Sequence record: DRR723986_3136
Reading direction: 5' to 3' (one strand)
Length of the DNA stretch: 51,017 nucleotides
Made by a program: the position numbers and the translations under genes. How positions within the stretch are numbered: the stretch's first letter is position 1; the number at the start of each line of letters is the position of its first letter. Below the pieces are notes generated by a model. The model saw only the letters and a list, made by a program, of their open reading frames with translations, was not told where the DNA came from and ran no database searches. Shown one piece after another: positions 40,516 through 50,057 of this stretch.

Positions 40516-41448
40516 CTATTTGGACTCGCCTGCCATCATCGGATGGGGCGCACCCCATTGGATGGCAAGGAGGCTAGTAAAGGGCATCCTGTTCGGCGGA
40601 TCGGCAGCTGTGAACAGGTCGCCGTCGGTCCAATGTTCCAGTTCGTGCCCCCAGGGATCGCGCCAGTAGTCGAAGACCTGGCTCCCCATGATGTGGCGAC
40701 CAACGCCCCAAGCCTGGTCGCGCCCTTTTGACTTCAGGTGAGCGTGACCAAGCATGAGATCGTCCAGATGCGCCACTTCGAAGGCAGCATGGAGGAACCC
40801 CACCGGTTGCGGCAATTGCGCGAGGAAAAGAGTATGGTGATCCGTTGGCTGATCGCCGCGATCGCAACGCATGAAGGCCCCTATCGCCGTTCCAGGGGCC
40901 AGTTCAATTTCGTCGGAAGTCAGGAATCCGAAGCGCTCCTTGTACCATTTCTCGGAAGCCCGGAAGTCCGAAACATTCAGCACCGCATGGCCCAGGCGAA
41001 GGACATGAGAAGGCCCTTGCGACAGGCGCACTGCCTTGCGAACCCGCGGCCGAGCCGATGCGTTGTTGTGGGGACTGTCTGCAAGACCGCCTGCTGGTGC
41101 AGCTATTTGCTGGCCGGCGACAACTTCCACAAGGAACCCGTCCGGGTCGGTGAGACGCACGACGTGCCCGCCTCCTGGATCATCGAGCGCCTCAATGGCG
41201 AGGTCTTTCGCCTCTGCCAAGGCTTTGAGGTCTTCCATGCTTTCCGCGCGCAGGCCCAGCGCCTTGAAGGCTGGGTCACCTGTTTCGGTGGAGTGCAGGA
41301 ACGGGCGACCGTCGCTTCCCTGACCATACAGGCGTCCGTTGTGTTTGGAGCAAGACAGGCCGAAATCCTCAAGGAAAGCCCGCATCTCGCCCAGGTCTGG
41401 CGCCGCAAACCGAACATGCGCGATGTCTTCGATCTTGATGATGGGCAT
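40516..41448 (-). CDS. VOC-family extradiol dioxygenase (trihydroxytoluene oxygenase-like)
   Basis: Two VOC domains; LGHAVL, DHH, HAAFE, WGVGRHIMGSQVFDYW.DP.G..LEHWTDGD. Confidence 0.85.
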   Translation of the reverse strand: MPIIKIEDIAHVRFAAPDLGEMRAFLEDFGLSCSKHNGRLYGQGSDGRPFLHSTETGDPAFKALGLRAESMEDLKALAEAKDLAIEALDDPGGGHVVRLTDPDGFLVEVVAGQQIAAPAGGLADSPHNNASARPRVRKAVRLSQGPSHVLRLGHAVLNVSDFRASEKWYKERFGFLTSDEIELAPGTAIGAFMRCDRGDQPTDHHTLFLAQLPQPVGFLHAAFEVAHLDDLMLGHAHLKSKGRDQAWGVGRHIMGSQVFDYWRDPWGHELEHWTDGDLFTAADPPNRMPFTSLLAIQWGAPHPMMAGESK

Positions 41449-41469
41449 CCTGCCTGCATCCCTTTTGTG

Positions 41470-41512
41470 ATTGACTATTTGGTCAATTACTTTTACATGA
41501 CTTTTTAGTCAA
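41470..41512. promoter_or_regulatory. Twin TGAC-N6-GTCA operator, probable TetR sites
   Basis: ATTGAC-TATTTG-GTCAAT (41470-41487) and ATGAC-TTTTTA-GTCAA (41497-41512) between divergent genes. Confidence 0.75.
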
Positions 41513-41524
41513 GTGAGATTTCTG

Positions 41525-42175
41525 ATGCCAAGCAATACTTCATCAAAGGGCGCCAGTTTCCGGAGCGCACGAACGCGTAAGTCCCTAATGGATGCTGGAC
41601 TTCAACTATTTGCAGAGCGGCCTGTGGATGCTGTGCCGATCGACGACATTGTTGCCGCCGCAGGAGTCGCGAAAGGCAGCTTTTTCAATCACTTTGAAGA
41701 CAAAAAGCATTTCGCCGACGCGATTATCACCGAGATCCGGCTGGACATCGAAGCCCGAGTTGCCGAGGCCAATAAGGATATTGCTGATCCGCTGGAGCGT
41801 CTGGCTGGTGGTATGCGGACTGCCGCCGAATATGCGCTCACCGAGAAGGACCGCGCCATCGTTATGGTGGCGGGATTCAAGCTGGCGACCGGTCGGGATC
41901 ATCCACTCAATGCCGGTCTGAAAAAGGACGTAGACACGGCATATGCAGAGGGACTGCTTCGACCGGAAGCACAGGAGGCGGGGCTGCTACTTTGGCTCGG
42001 CGCTTGCCATTCGGTCATGGCTAAGATCATTGAGCGCGGCCTGACTCGCCCGAAAGCGGCCGGGCGTATGCATGACATGATGGTCATGGTCCTGATCGGA
42101 CTGGGAGTGGAGCAGACGAAATCCCGGCGACTGGCAAAGCAGTCAATGGAGCAGATCCTGAAGCCAGCCAGCTGA
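41525..42175 (+). CDS. TetR/AcrR family regulator (alternative GTG start at 41513)
   Basis: TRKSLMDAG..LFA..IDDIVAAAGVAKGSFFNHFEDK. Confidence 0.92.
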   Translation: MPSNTSSKGASFRSARTRKSLMDAGLQLFAERPVDAVPIDDIVAAAGVAKGSFFNHFEDKKHFADAIITEIRLDIEARVAEANKDIADPLERLAGGMRTAAEYALTEKDRAIVMVAGFKLATGRDHPLNAGLKKDVDTAYAEGLLRPEAQEAGLLLWLGACHSVMAKIIERGLTRPKAAGRMHDMMVMVLIGLGVEQTKSRRLAKQSMEQILKPAS

Positions 42176-42427
42176 TTATTCGTGCAGGCAGCAGCCATTC
42201 GATGCACGGATCCCGATTTGAATTCTCCGGTTCCGTGCTTCATCAAAGAAAGTTTGGGGCTTCCGCTATTGAACCTACCGTGTTCGCAATCTAAGTTGAA
42301 CGTCGTCCAAGTAGGTCTGCGATGGAGCTGCCTGATTTAGCACTTGTGCGCATCCTGAGCACTTGGGCGCTTAGGGATCAGGGCCAGAGCCGATCGACGC
42401 CAGCAACTATCACTTAGGAGGGTGGTG

Positions 42428-43303
42428 ATGAAGCGATGGGCTCAGATCAAGAAACGTCTGGACGACATCGGCGCGGTACCGGCAACATTTGGCGGTCTGA
42501 TTGGCGCCCCTTCCATTCTGTCATTGCTGCAGTCAACTTACGAAGCGAGAGATCTGAGCACGCCGCTTCAGGCGGTCATAGACAGCTACAACCAGAGCAT
42601 TGCGAGTGCAGCCGCCATCATCGAACCTGCGCTCACACCACTTGTGACCTGGGTTGGGCGTCTGTTCGGCTGGGAAGTTGATCTGCATGCGCACTGGCGG
42701 CACCTATTTGTGCTATGCATGATTTACCTGTTTGCTCAGTTGCGAATAAGGCGAACCGAGAAAGGTGGGTTGAGGAATTGGACCGACTTGCCTTTGGGAA
42801 TGGTGTTCGCACTTGTCGGATGCCTTGCGGCTGGAATGATTTCACCCAAGGGCGGTTGGTGGGCGCAAGGCCTCATCGCAGCTTGGCCGTTGTCGATGTT
42901 CTGGCTGGGTCAAGCCTCGGCAAACATAGTGGGTCATGAATTTGCACGCACCTTCGCCGGCTTTGAGAGAGGCAGGGGATTCTCCCACACACTCGGCTAC
43001 GTTGTGGCAGGATCGGCAATGGCACTCGGCAGCGCCGGTAGGGATCTTTTGATCGTCGTCCCACCCTATTTCATCATCGGCTTTGTACTGGGCGCAGCAC
43101 TTTCATTTGTTCCGGTGATTGGCGACGGCGCCGGAGTTGCGGCTCTCGCGGTCTTCGCGATCATCGCAGGTGTTCATTTCCTGCGCATCGGGAGGCGTCA
43201 GAACCAGCGCTACATGACCCGTCTGGGCCTGACCATGCTTGGCGGCTACGCCGCCGCCGCGTTCGTGTACGGTATTGACATCGTGCTCAAGCTCACGGCG
43301 TGA
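42428..43303 (+). CDS. Hypothetical polytopic membrane protein
   Basis: TAGGAGG RBS, several hydrophobic helices; no recognised family. Confidence 0.7.
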   Translation: MKRWAQIKKRLDDIGAVPATFGGLIGAPSILSLLQSTYEARDLSTPLQAVIDSYNQSIASAAAIIEPALTPLVTWVGRLFGWEVDLHAHWRHLFVLCMIYLFAQLRIRRTEKGGLRNWTDLPLGMVFALVGCLAAGMISPKGGWWAQGLIAAWPLSMFWLGQASANIVGHEFARTFAGFERGRGFSHTLGYVVAGSAMALGSAGRDLLIVVPPYFIIGFVLGAALSFVPVIGDGAGVAALAVFAIIAGVHFLRIGRRQNQRYMTRLGLTMLGGYAAAAFVYGIDIVLKLTA

Positions 43304-43320
43304 TAAGAGGTCTCAGCGCT

Positions 43321-43440
43321 CTGACTGAGTTCGAATAGCAAACAGCCATTCTGGCCAGATCGCCGAGAAGCGTAAACGGGTCAGTTTTTTCCGTCAGGTC
43401 AGTCAGTTCTGTGTGTAGGGTTCTCGCCGATTGCAGACAT
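43321..43440. repeat. Spacer repeat copies
   Basis: CTGACTGAGTT-CGAATAGC-AAACAGCCATT (43321-43350) and TCGCCG-ATTGCAGACAT (43424-43440). Confidence 0.4.
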
Positions 43441-43536
43441 GCGCTAACGTCTGTGGGCATACATCATCACCGCAAACTGGATGATCTCAGGGAATGTCTT
43501 GAAATAGCAGAAGGGTGATTTCGTCATTTCCAGAGG

Positions 43537-44478
43537 CTAAGCGCCAGGATTGGCTGCCTCAATCTCGGTTCCTTTGACAATGGCCTTCGGGGCGATAGCC
43601 AGGATCGCCTCTGCAAAGCCTTGGGGATCGTCCTCCTGGATGAAGTGCCCGCCGCTCAGGGTCCGGTGCGGCTGGCCCGCAGTACCGGGTACGCGACCGA
43701 TGAAACGGGTTTCGCCGTTGCGCGTGACCGGGTCCTTGTCCGAAAAGCAGCACAGGAACGGCTTTTCCCATTGGTCGAACACTTGCCACGCCCGTTTCTG
43801 GTCCGGGATGGCGACGTCGTTTTCAAATGGCACGAAGCTAGGGAATACCCGTGCACCGACAGTATAGCGGCGATCCGGGAAAGGCGCATTGTAGGCGGCA
43901 ATTTCCGAGTCCGAAAGGTTCCGTGCGGTGCCAGTGTTGATGATCTTGCCAATCGGGAAGATCGGGCTCCATCTGGCAAAAGCGCGCCAGATCACAAAGG
44001 CGCGCGGCGGCTCGCCGCCCTCTGGCAGTCCACCATTCGACAGGGCGACAGCGGCAAAGCGGTCCGGCATGGCTGCAACCAGTCGCAGCCCGATCAGCGA
44101 GCCCCAGTCCTGGCACGCCAGCGTGATGTTCTTCAGATCGAGCTGTTCCAGCCACAGCTGCATCCAGGCTACTTGGCGAGCATAGCTGTAGTCGCTTTTC
44201 TTCGCCGGTTTGTCCGACTTGCCAAAGCCGATCAAATCTGGGGCGACGACGCGGTAACCGGCTTTGACCACCGGACCGATCATGTGGCGATAGAGGTAGC
44301 ACCAGCTCGGCTCGCCATGCATCATCAGCACGACCGGCGCATTGCGGGGGCCTTCGTCGACATAGTGGACCCGCAGTTTCGTGCCGTCATGCGGATCGGC
44401 AATCTCGGAATAGTGCGGTGCGAAGGGGAATTCGCTGATCGCGGCAAAGGCCTCTTCAGGTGTGCGCAATACCTGCAA
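43537..44478 (-). CDS. Haloalkane dehalogenase (HLD-I type alpha/beta hydrolase)
   Basis: HGEPSW, PDLIGFGKSDKP, QDWG nucleophile, FSDKDP, GHFIQED; TTG start. Confidence 0.88.
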   Translation of the reverse strand: MQVLRTPEEAFAAISEFPFAPHYSEIADPHDGTKLRVHYVDEGPRNAPVVLMMHGEPSWCYLYRHMIGPVVKAGYRVVAPDLIGFGKSDKPAKKSDYSYARQVAWMQLWLEQLDLKNITLACQDWGSLIGLRLVAAMPDRFAAVALSNGGLPEGGEPPRAFVIWRAFARWSPIFPIGKIINTGTARNLSDSEIAAYNAPFPDRRYTVGARVFPSFVPFENDVAIPDQKRAWQVFDQWEKPFLCCFSDKDPVTRNGETRFIGRVPGTAGQPHRTLSGGHFIQEDDPQGFAEAILAIAPKAIVKGTEIEAANPGA

Positions 44479-44723
44479 TCGTCTTCTCCCGTACCAGGTA
44501 ATTTATTGGCACGACTTATGTCATAATATCAGGGCGGTCAACCAGGCGGAGGACGACGCGTATCGATCGGAGAAACTGGCAATCCAGATCCAAGTACTCT
44601 TGTCGAAATACGAAATCTGCCTTTGCGGCCGAATGCCTATTAAGGGCCAGGTTCACCAGGTTGCCGCCAGGCGGCAGAACGGCAGAGCAGATCCAATGCG
44701 GTCACCCACTGCGGCTGATCGCT

Positions 44724-44751
44724 CAGGCGTAATCTCGCCAAAAGCGGACTT
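44724..44751 (+). repeat. Spacer repeat copy
   Basis: CAGGCGTAATC-TCGCCA-AAAGCGGACTT. Confidence 0.4.
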
Positions 44752-44901
44752 CTGGCATCTCAAGCCGGACAGCTGAAAAAGGATGTGAGAACAGGCGATC
44801 AATTGCCACTGTTTAGGGATCCGCAGATCAAAACGATCAATGGGTAGCGAATCAAAGCTCAATGGATCCCTGACGACTTTCAGTGATGTTTACGCCCGTC
44901 T

Positions 44902-45039
44902 CTAACGTCTCGACAGAGTGAAGATGAAAGCCAGAGCGACAACCGCAACGACTGCACCCGCAACGCCCGTTGAACTCAATCCTATTGTCGCGATCATACC
45001 TCCACCGAAGGTCGCACCCATGCCTTGTCCAAAATAGAC
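44902..45039 (-). pseudogene. 3' fragment of an MFS transporter paralogous to 46614-47780
   Basis: Translates VYFGQGMGATFGGGMIATIGLSSTGVAGAVVAVVALAFIFTLSRR*, versus VYFGQGVGATLGGGVIAAIGLSATGLAGAGIAILALALVSSLR in the intact gene. Confidence 0.85.
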
Positions 45040-45145
45040 TCCGCGCAACCGGGACTGGGTTAAAAAAATGTTGCGTTTATAAGAATGATCATTCCATAAT
45101 GGTGCTGGTCATGCGACTGGAGACTAGAATGAAACAGCTCTGGTT

Positions 45146-46513
45146 ATGACGAAAGTTGACCTTCCGGGATGCGTCATGGCAATTGTGTGCTTTGGTGCGC
45201 CTGTGATGGCGTATGCGCAATCTCCTCCGCCTGCCGATTATACGGGTAGTTTCCGAACAGACCGCTGGACGGAAGACTGGCGGGACAAGGATGTTCCGGC
45301 ATGGAAGTCGATTCATCTGCCTGAGGGAATCGGCCACATATCGTTTGGAGCAGACACCCATATTCGCATTGAACACAAGGATCCATTTTCTTTTGGAACA
45401 ACGCCTGAAGGCGCGCGAACCAATTTGCTCGGACGAGCGCTCCTGCATGCCGATTACAGGCGCGGAGACGACTTCCGCGCCTATCTGGAGCTTGGCCTAT
45501 GGGACCAGGCTGGAAAGCCGGACGGACTATTTTTCGACGAAGCAGACCTCGTGCTGCAGCGTGGATTTATCGATATCGTGCCAGACGACACCTGGACGAT
45601 CCGGATTGGTCGACAGGATGTCTTTGATCGGTCGAGCCGGCTCCTCAAAGCCGCTGACGCTCTGAACTACCAGCAAGTCTTCGATGGTGTTCACATCAAC
45701 TACCGCTCCGAAGGAACGGTTATGGAGGCCTATGTCGTCGAGCCATTCTTTTCCAGGAACGGATACTTTGAAAGGTTTGGAGGCTTCGGGGATGGGCGGT
45801 GGTCCGGCGGCTCCTTGAGGCGAACCAGCGAGACCATCAAGGGTCTGTCCTACGGTGTTTACGGCATCTGGATTGACCGGGACGTAATCCCATTTCTCCG
45901 TGTACCTGGCAGCGAGCATCGCGGTGTGGGCGTGGGTCGCGTGACCTATGATGCCGGCCGCTGGCGCACCAGTGTCGAATATGGTCGCCAGTTCGGGCAA
46001 GTCGCCGGGAACCCGATCAGGGCCTGGGCCTTTGCCAACGAGCTGTCTGTGAAATTTGATGACGCAGGTCGCTGGCAGGCCTCGTTGCGACTGGACGGCG
46101 CTTCGGGAAACCGGGCAGAAACGGATGCGAATGAAAGCTGGGCCCCCGCATTCGGGGGAATATTCTCCCTCGGCCGGAATGGTGTGTATGGCGCGACCAA
46201 TATCGTTGGAGCCTATCCCGAACTCTCTTGGCAGGTGACGTCGGATCTTCGTCTGGCGATAAGCGGAGAACATGTGTGGCGCGTGTCCGATGGGGCAGCT
46301 TTTGTTGGTCCAGGCGGCGATGCGCTGCTCCCTGCAGGGGCCACCGGTGATGCGTTCATCCTGAACGGAGCGAATGTCGGATTCAAATGGCGGGTATCCG
46401 GCACACACGAAGTGCGGGCGAATGTGTTTGTGCTCTCACCGCAGGGTGCCTTCAGCCAGTCAGGCGGCGAGCCGCTCGAGGGACTGACCGTCAACTTGAT
46501 CTCTCGCTTTTAA
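45146..46513 (+). CDS. Outer-membrane beta-barrel protein (alginate export family-like)
   Basis: Signal peptide, R..LHAD, RIGRQ, FDG, alternating beta pattern, C-terminal Phe. Confidence 0.75.
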   Translation: MTKVDLPGCVMAIVCFGAPVMAYAQSPPPADYTGSFRTDRWTEDWRDKDVPAWKSIHLPEGIGHISFGADTHIRIEHKDPFSFGTTPEGARTNLLGRALLHADYRRGDDFRAYLELGLWDQAGKPDGLFFDEADLVLQRGFIDIVPDDTWTIRIGRQDVFDRSSRLLKAADALNYQQVFDGVHINYRSEGTVMEAYVVEPFFSRNGYFERFGGFGDGRWSGGSLRRTSETIKGLSYGVYGIWIDRDVIPFLRVPGSEHRGVGVGRVTYDAGRWRTSVEYGRQFGQVAGNPIRAWAFANELSVKFDDAGRWQASLRLDGASGNRAETDANESWAPAFGGIFSLGRNGVYGATNIVGAYPELSWQVTSDLRLAISGEHVWRVSDGAAFVGPGGDALLPAGATGDAFILNGANVGFKWRVSGTHEVRANVFVLSPQGAFSQSGGEPLEGLTVNLISRF

Positions 46514-46613
46514 AGTAAGTTTGTAGCTAACGGTATCGTTTGCGAACGGATACTTGCGCCAAACTTGGTCGACCAACAAGATCAGCCGGACAAGCAGAGC
46601 AACGCTCAAACGC

Positions 46614-47780
46614 CTATTGGATTTGCTGAGCGGCAGGTTGCACACGCAGACTTGAGACGAGTGCCAGCGCAAGAATGGCAATACCTGCGCCTGCAAGTCC
46701 CGTCGCGCTCAATCCGATCGCAGCGATGACGCCTCCCCCGAGCGTCGCCCCCACGCCTTGTCCGAAATAGACCATGGAACTGTTGAGCGCGAATGCGATC
46801 GTTACCGCCGCGCCAGACGTTGCCGCGAGCCGCGCCTGAACGACAGTCGTGGTTGCAAAGAGAGCCGCCGATCCAAGCGCCATTGTCACGATGAGGAACG
46901 GCACCGACACGGCCCCGAAGTCAAAACGCATGCCAAGAACAAAGGCCATCTGCGTCAGGCCCGCCAACACGAACAGGATGAACAGCGCCTTTCGAACCGG
47001 TAGCCTTGCGAACAAGGCTCCTACGGGCACGCCGATCAGGCTGCCAATGCCCGTGGCAATCTGAACGCCGCCAATAGCCGCGCCTGTAAGCCCTGTGGTC
47101 TGGGTAATGACGGGGCCGATATAGCCGACCGTGACAAAGGTCGCGACAAAACCCAGCATGGTGATTGCCATGAGTTTCGGGTTCTCGCCGCTGAGCGCCG
47201 TTCTGAAATTCGCGCCGGCAAGCTGTGGGCCTTTTACGTTTGCCGGCGCGACCAGTGCGATCAGAAGCGCAGCGAGAAAGGCGATGCCGCCGGCAAACCA
47301 GAACGCCGCACGCCATCCAAAAGCATCGCCCAGAACCGTTCCCAGCGGCATCCCCAAAAGGAATGCCAAAGTGTATCCGGCCATGACGGTGGCGATTGCA
47401 TCCGGTCGCCGTGCTTCGGGCACCATGTTGACGCCGATTGTCGTCGCCAGTGGGATGACGAGGGCCGCAAGGAAGCCGCCTGCAAACCGCCACAAGGCCA
47501 GTGTCGCGAAATCGGGTGCGAGGGCGGATGCAAAGTTCATTGCCACCATGCTCGCCAGGACGCCGACAAGCAGTCTCTTGCGATCGACGCCCGCCAACAG
47601 CCGCGCCAGGAACGGACCGCCAAAGCCGCACGCAATCGCAAACACCATTTGCAGCTGCCCGATCAAAGGGACACCCACGCCGAGATCTTCGGCCATCGGA
47701 TCGATCAGGCCAATGAATACAAACGCGCTCGTTCCAAATGCGAAAGGTGCAAAGACAAGACAAAGAATGCGTGGGTTCAT
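46614..47780 (-). CDS. MFS transporter (DHA1/AraJ-like)
   Basis: DRKRLL loop, LGMPLGTVLG..FGWR..FW; ~12 TMs. Confidence 0.9.
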   Translation of the reverse strand: MNPRILCLVFAPFAFGTSAFVFIGLIDPMAEDLGVGVPLIGQLQMVFAIACGFGGPFLARLLAGVDRKRLLVGVLASMVAMNFASALAPDFATLALWRFAGGFLAALVIPLATTIGVNMVPEARRPDAIATVMAGYTLAFLLGMPLGTVLGDAFGWRAAFWFAGGIAFLAALLIALVAPANVKGPQLAGANFRTALSGENPKLMAITMLGFVATFVTVGYIGPVITQTTGLTGAAIGGVQIATGIGSLIGVPVGALFARLPVRKALFILFVLAGLTQMAFVLGMRFDFGAVSVPFLIVTMALGSAALFATTTVVQARLAATSGAAVTIAFALNSSMVYFGQGVGATLGGGVIAAIGLSATGLAGAGIAILALALVSSLRVQPAAQQIQ

Positions 47781-48715
47781 GCCGAACCACCGGAAGGCAC
47801 GTTCCTGCCGCCAATGAAGTCCATCAGTTCGGGAATGACGATCTCATGCGCATCTTCCTGAATAAAGTGACCCGAATCTTCGATTCGTGTGACCTCGGCA
47901 TGCGGAAAGGCCTTCAGCCACATTCCGTCGAGAGTGTCTGGACCGAACGCGACATCCTTCATAGGCCAGACGATTTTCACAGGCTTCTTGGCAAAGGCAG
48001 CCTCCAGCTTCGCTCCCTCAATAGCCACAAAATCACTGACAGGGCCCTTTGGACCGGACGGGATCTGACGTGGAAAAGCGAGGACTCCCGACCGAGATGA
48101 CCACGTAGGATGCGGCGCAAGATACGCCGTCTTGTCAGTTTTGGTCAGGCGTGCCGGATCGTTCAGTCCCGCCTGAAACAGGAACCCCTTCACAAAGGCG
48201 TGGGCCCCTTTGACCAGAAGCTCTCCAACGACAGGCGTCCGGAAGGCTTTGAGGATGGCAGGCAACGGAACCTCGCTCACCGGGCGCTGGAAGAAAGTAT
48301 TCAGGATGAAGAGTCCCGACACTCTTTCGGGGTGACGGGCTGCCCAGCTTAAACCGATTGGACCGCCCCAGTCCTGAACAACAAGTGTTGCGTTTTCCAG
48401 GTCGAGGGCTTCAAGCAATGCTTCGCACCGGTCGGCATGTCGGGGAATAGTATAAACTTCTGTTTGGGTGGGTTTGTCCGATCTCCCGAATCCCAAGTGG
48501 TCCATTGCAATCGCTCGAAACTCCCAACCCGTAACGGCTTTGATGAATCGTCGATAGAGATACCCCCAGGTCGGATTTCCGTGCACGAACACAATAGGTG
48601 GTGCATTGCGCGGTCCTTCGTCGATGTAGTGCAGGCGTCCATCGGGCGTGTTGAAGTATTTCGGTGCGTAGGGCCAGGCGCCGCCAAAGGTCCAGTCGGT
48701 GTCTGGCTTGCTCAA
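47777..48715 (-). CDS. Alpha/beta hydrolase of the haloalkane dehalogenase-III/OleB type
   Basis: HGNPTW, DHLGFGRSDKP, VQDWGG, LNT, GHFIQED; TTG at 48715 with GGAG RBS overlaps the upstream stop. Confidence 0.85.
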   Translation of the reverse strand: MSKPDTDWTFGGAWPYAPKYFNTPDGRLHYIDEGPRNAPPIVFVHGNPTWGYLYRRFIKAVTGWEFRAIAMDHLGFGRSDKPTQTEVYTIPRHADRCEALLEALDLENATLVVQDWGGPIGLSWAARHPERVSGLFILNTFFQRPVSEVPLPAILKAFRTPVVGELLVKGAHAFVKGFLFQAGLNDPARLTKTDKTAYLAPHPTWSSRSGVLAFPRQIPSGPKGPVSDFVAIEGAKLEAAFAKKPVKIVWPMKDVAFGPDTLDGMWLKAFPHAEVTRIEDSGHFIQEDAHEIVIPELMDFIGGRNVPSGGSA

Positions 48716-49107
48716 AGCGGATGCTCCATGAAGTACATTCCAAGTCCCCCAAGGATTGAGATGATCGTCCAGGGATAAGGTGCCGGTGTTCGCCATAGGC
48801 CCTGGTTGCCAAAGGTCGCAAGCCCGATGCCGAGCGCGGCAAAGCCCGTACTCATAGCCGTCGCCACGGCTGCGAAAGAAATTCCCGATGGCTGCCATAC
48901 GGCCAGCAGAAACAAGCTGATCATCGCCAGCACGGCGACCGATCCGACATGCCATGAGAAATGATGGAGCCAGATTACACTGTCAGGAAGGCCCGACGTC
49001 TTTAGCGGTTTCAGAACTTTTGGCGCTCCTGCGAGTTCATGGGCGATGACGCCAAGCAGAGAAAAACCTGCAGCGATGTAAAACAAAATGTCGGATATGT
49101 CTGCCAT
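48712..49107 (-). CDS. Small four-TM membrane protein
   Basis: Hydrophobic helices with His/Trp residues (AHE, WLHHFSWH); operon spacing. Confidence 0.7.
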   Translation of the reverse strand: MADISDILFYIAAGFSLLGVIAHELAGAPKVLKPLKTSGLPDSVIWLHHFSWHVGSVAVLAMISLFLLAVWQPSGISFAAVATAMSTGFAALGIGLATFGNQGLWRTPAPYPWTIISILGGLGMYFMEHPL

Positions 49108-49111
49108 TGCG

Positions 49112-49840
49112 CTACCAGGTCTCACTGAAGGGACGAAGATCGAGTTCGTGCGTCCAGGCTGAACGGGGCTGATTGTGGACCATCAAGAAAGTATCAGCGA
49201 TCGCAAGCGGGGCGAGCGCTCCATCTTCTCCGAGCTTGTCGAGATAATCGCCAAACCGGGATTTTACCTGATCACCATTGACGACGCCGTCTATAATCAG
49301 ATGCGCCACGTGCACGCCTCGTGGACCATACTCGCGCGCGAGTGCCTGAGCCAGGTTTCTGAGAGCGCCCTTCCCGGCGGAGAAATGAGCAAAATTGGGC
49401 TTACCGCGAAGAGACGCGGACGCCCCTGTGAACAGCATGCTTCCGTACCCCTGTTCGGCGAGAAGCGGCATTGCACGTTTCGCAGTCAGGAATCCTCCCA
49501 AACAGCAAACACGCCAATAGGCTTCAAACTGTTCAGGTGTCAGGGCTTCGAATGGAATTGGAGAATTATTGCCCGCATTATAGACGACTGAAGCAATCGG
49601 TTCGCTTTCAGCTGCCAGAGTGTCGAAAACGGTGTCGAGATCATCTTCAAGGGTCACATCGCACGCCATGGCGTCCGCTGATCCTCCTTGTTCGACAATC
49701 ACATCCCGCGTCAGCTCGACTTTTTTCAGGCTCCGGCCCGTGACCAGCACGTGGTACCCGGCCCGGGCGAACCTGAGGGCAATGGCTCCGCCAACCCCGT
49801 CAGGCGTCCCTGCGCCAAGAATTAAAACGGTTTCTGTCAT
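49112..49840 (-). CDS. Short-chain dehydrogenase/reductase (atypical, F in place of the catalytic Y)
   Basis: GAGTPDGVG, YNAG, FTGASAS, FSAGK, HVAHLIIDG, WTHELDLRP. Confidence 0.88.
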   Translation of the reverse strand: MTETVLILGAGTPDGVGGAIALRFARAGYHVLVTGRSLKKVELTRDVIVEQGGSADAMACDVTLEDDLDTVFDTLAAESEPIASVVYNAGNNSPIPFEALTPEQFEAYWRVCCLGGFLTAKRAMPLLAEQGYGSMLFTGASASLRGKPNFAHFSAGKGALRNLAQALAREYGPRGVHVAHLIIDGVVNGDQVKSRFGDYLDKLGEDGALAPLAIADTFLMVHNQPRSAWTHELDLRPFSETW

Positions 49841-49891
49841 GCCGGCTTCCCTCAGCCCCACATGCGGGGACAGTCTTGATCTTTGATCACA

Positions 49892-49915
49892 ATTATGGAA
49901 CGTTTGTTCCATAAT
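49892..49915. promoter_or_regulatory. Perfect palindromic operator, probable TetR site
   Basis: ATTATGGAAC-GTTT-GTTCCATAAT between the SDR operon and the divergent tetR. Confidence 0.8.
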
Positions 49916-50057
49916 GACAAATGCAGACATCTAGACGATTAGTCAAGCGGCTCTGGAGAGTGATTGGATTGGCCTTACGGGTCTCGCGATCTGGTGCCAC
50001 ACGGCGAGAGGTCTATAAGACACCGACCCATGTTTTCGGGCTGAAGGAGGCCCCTGA

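Noticed and set aside
48716-48955. 80-aa N-terminal extension of the hydrolase ORF 47777-48955
   Set aside because: Overlaps the upstream membrane gene; TTG at 48715 has an RBS and stop/start coupling
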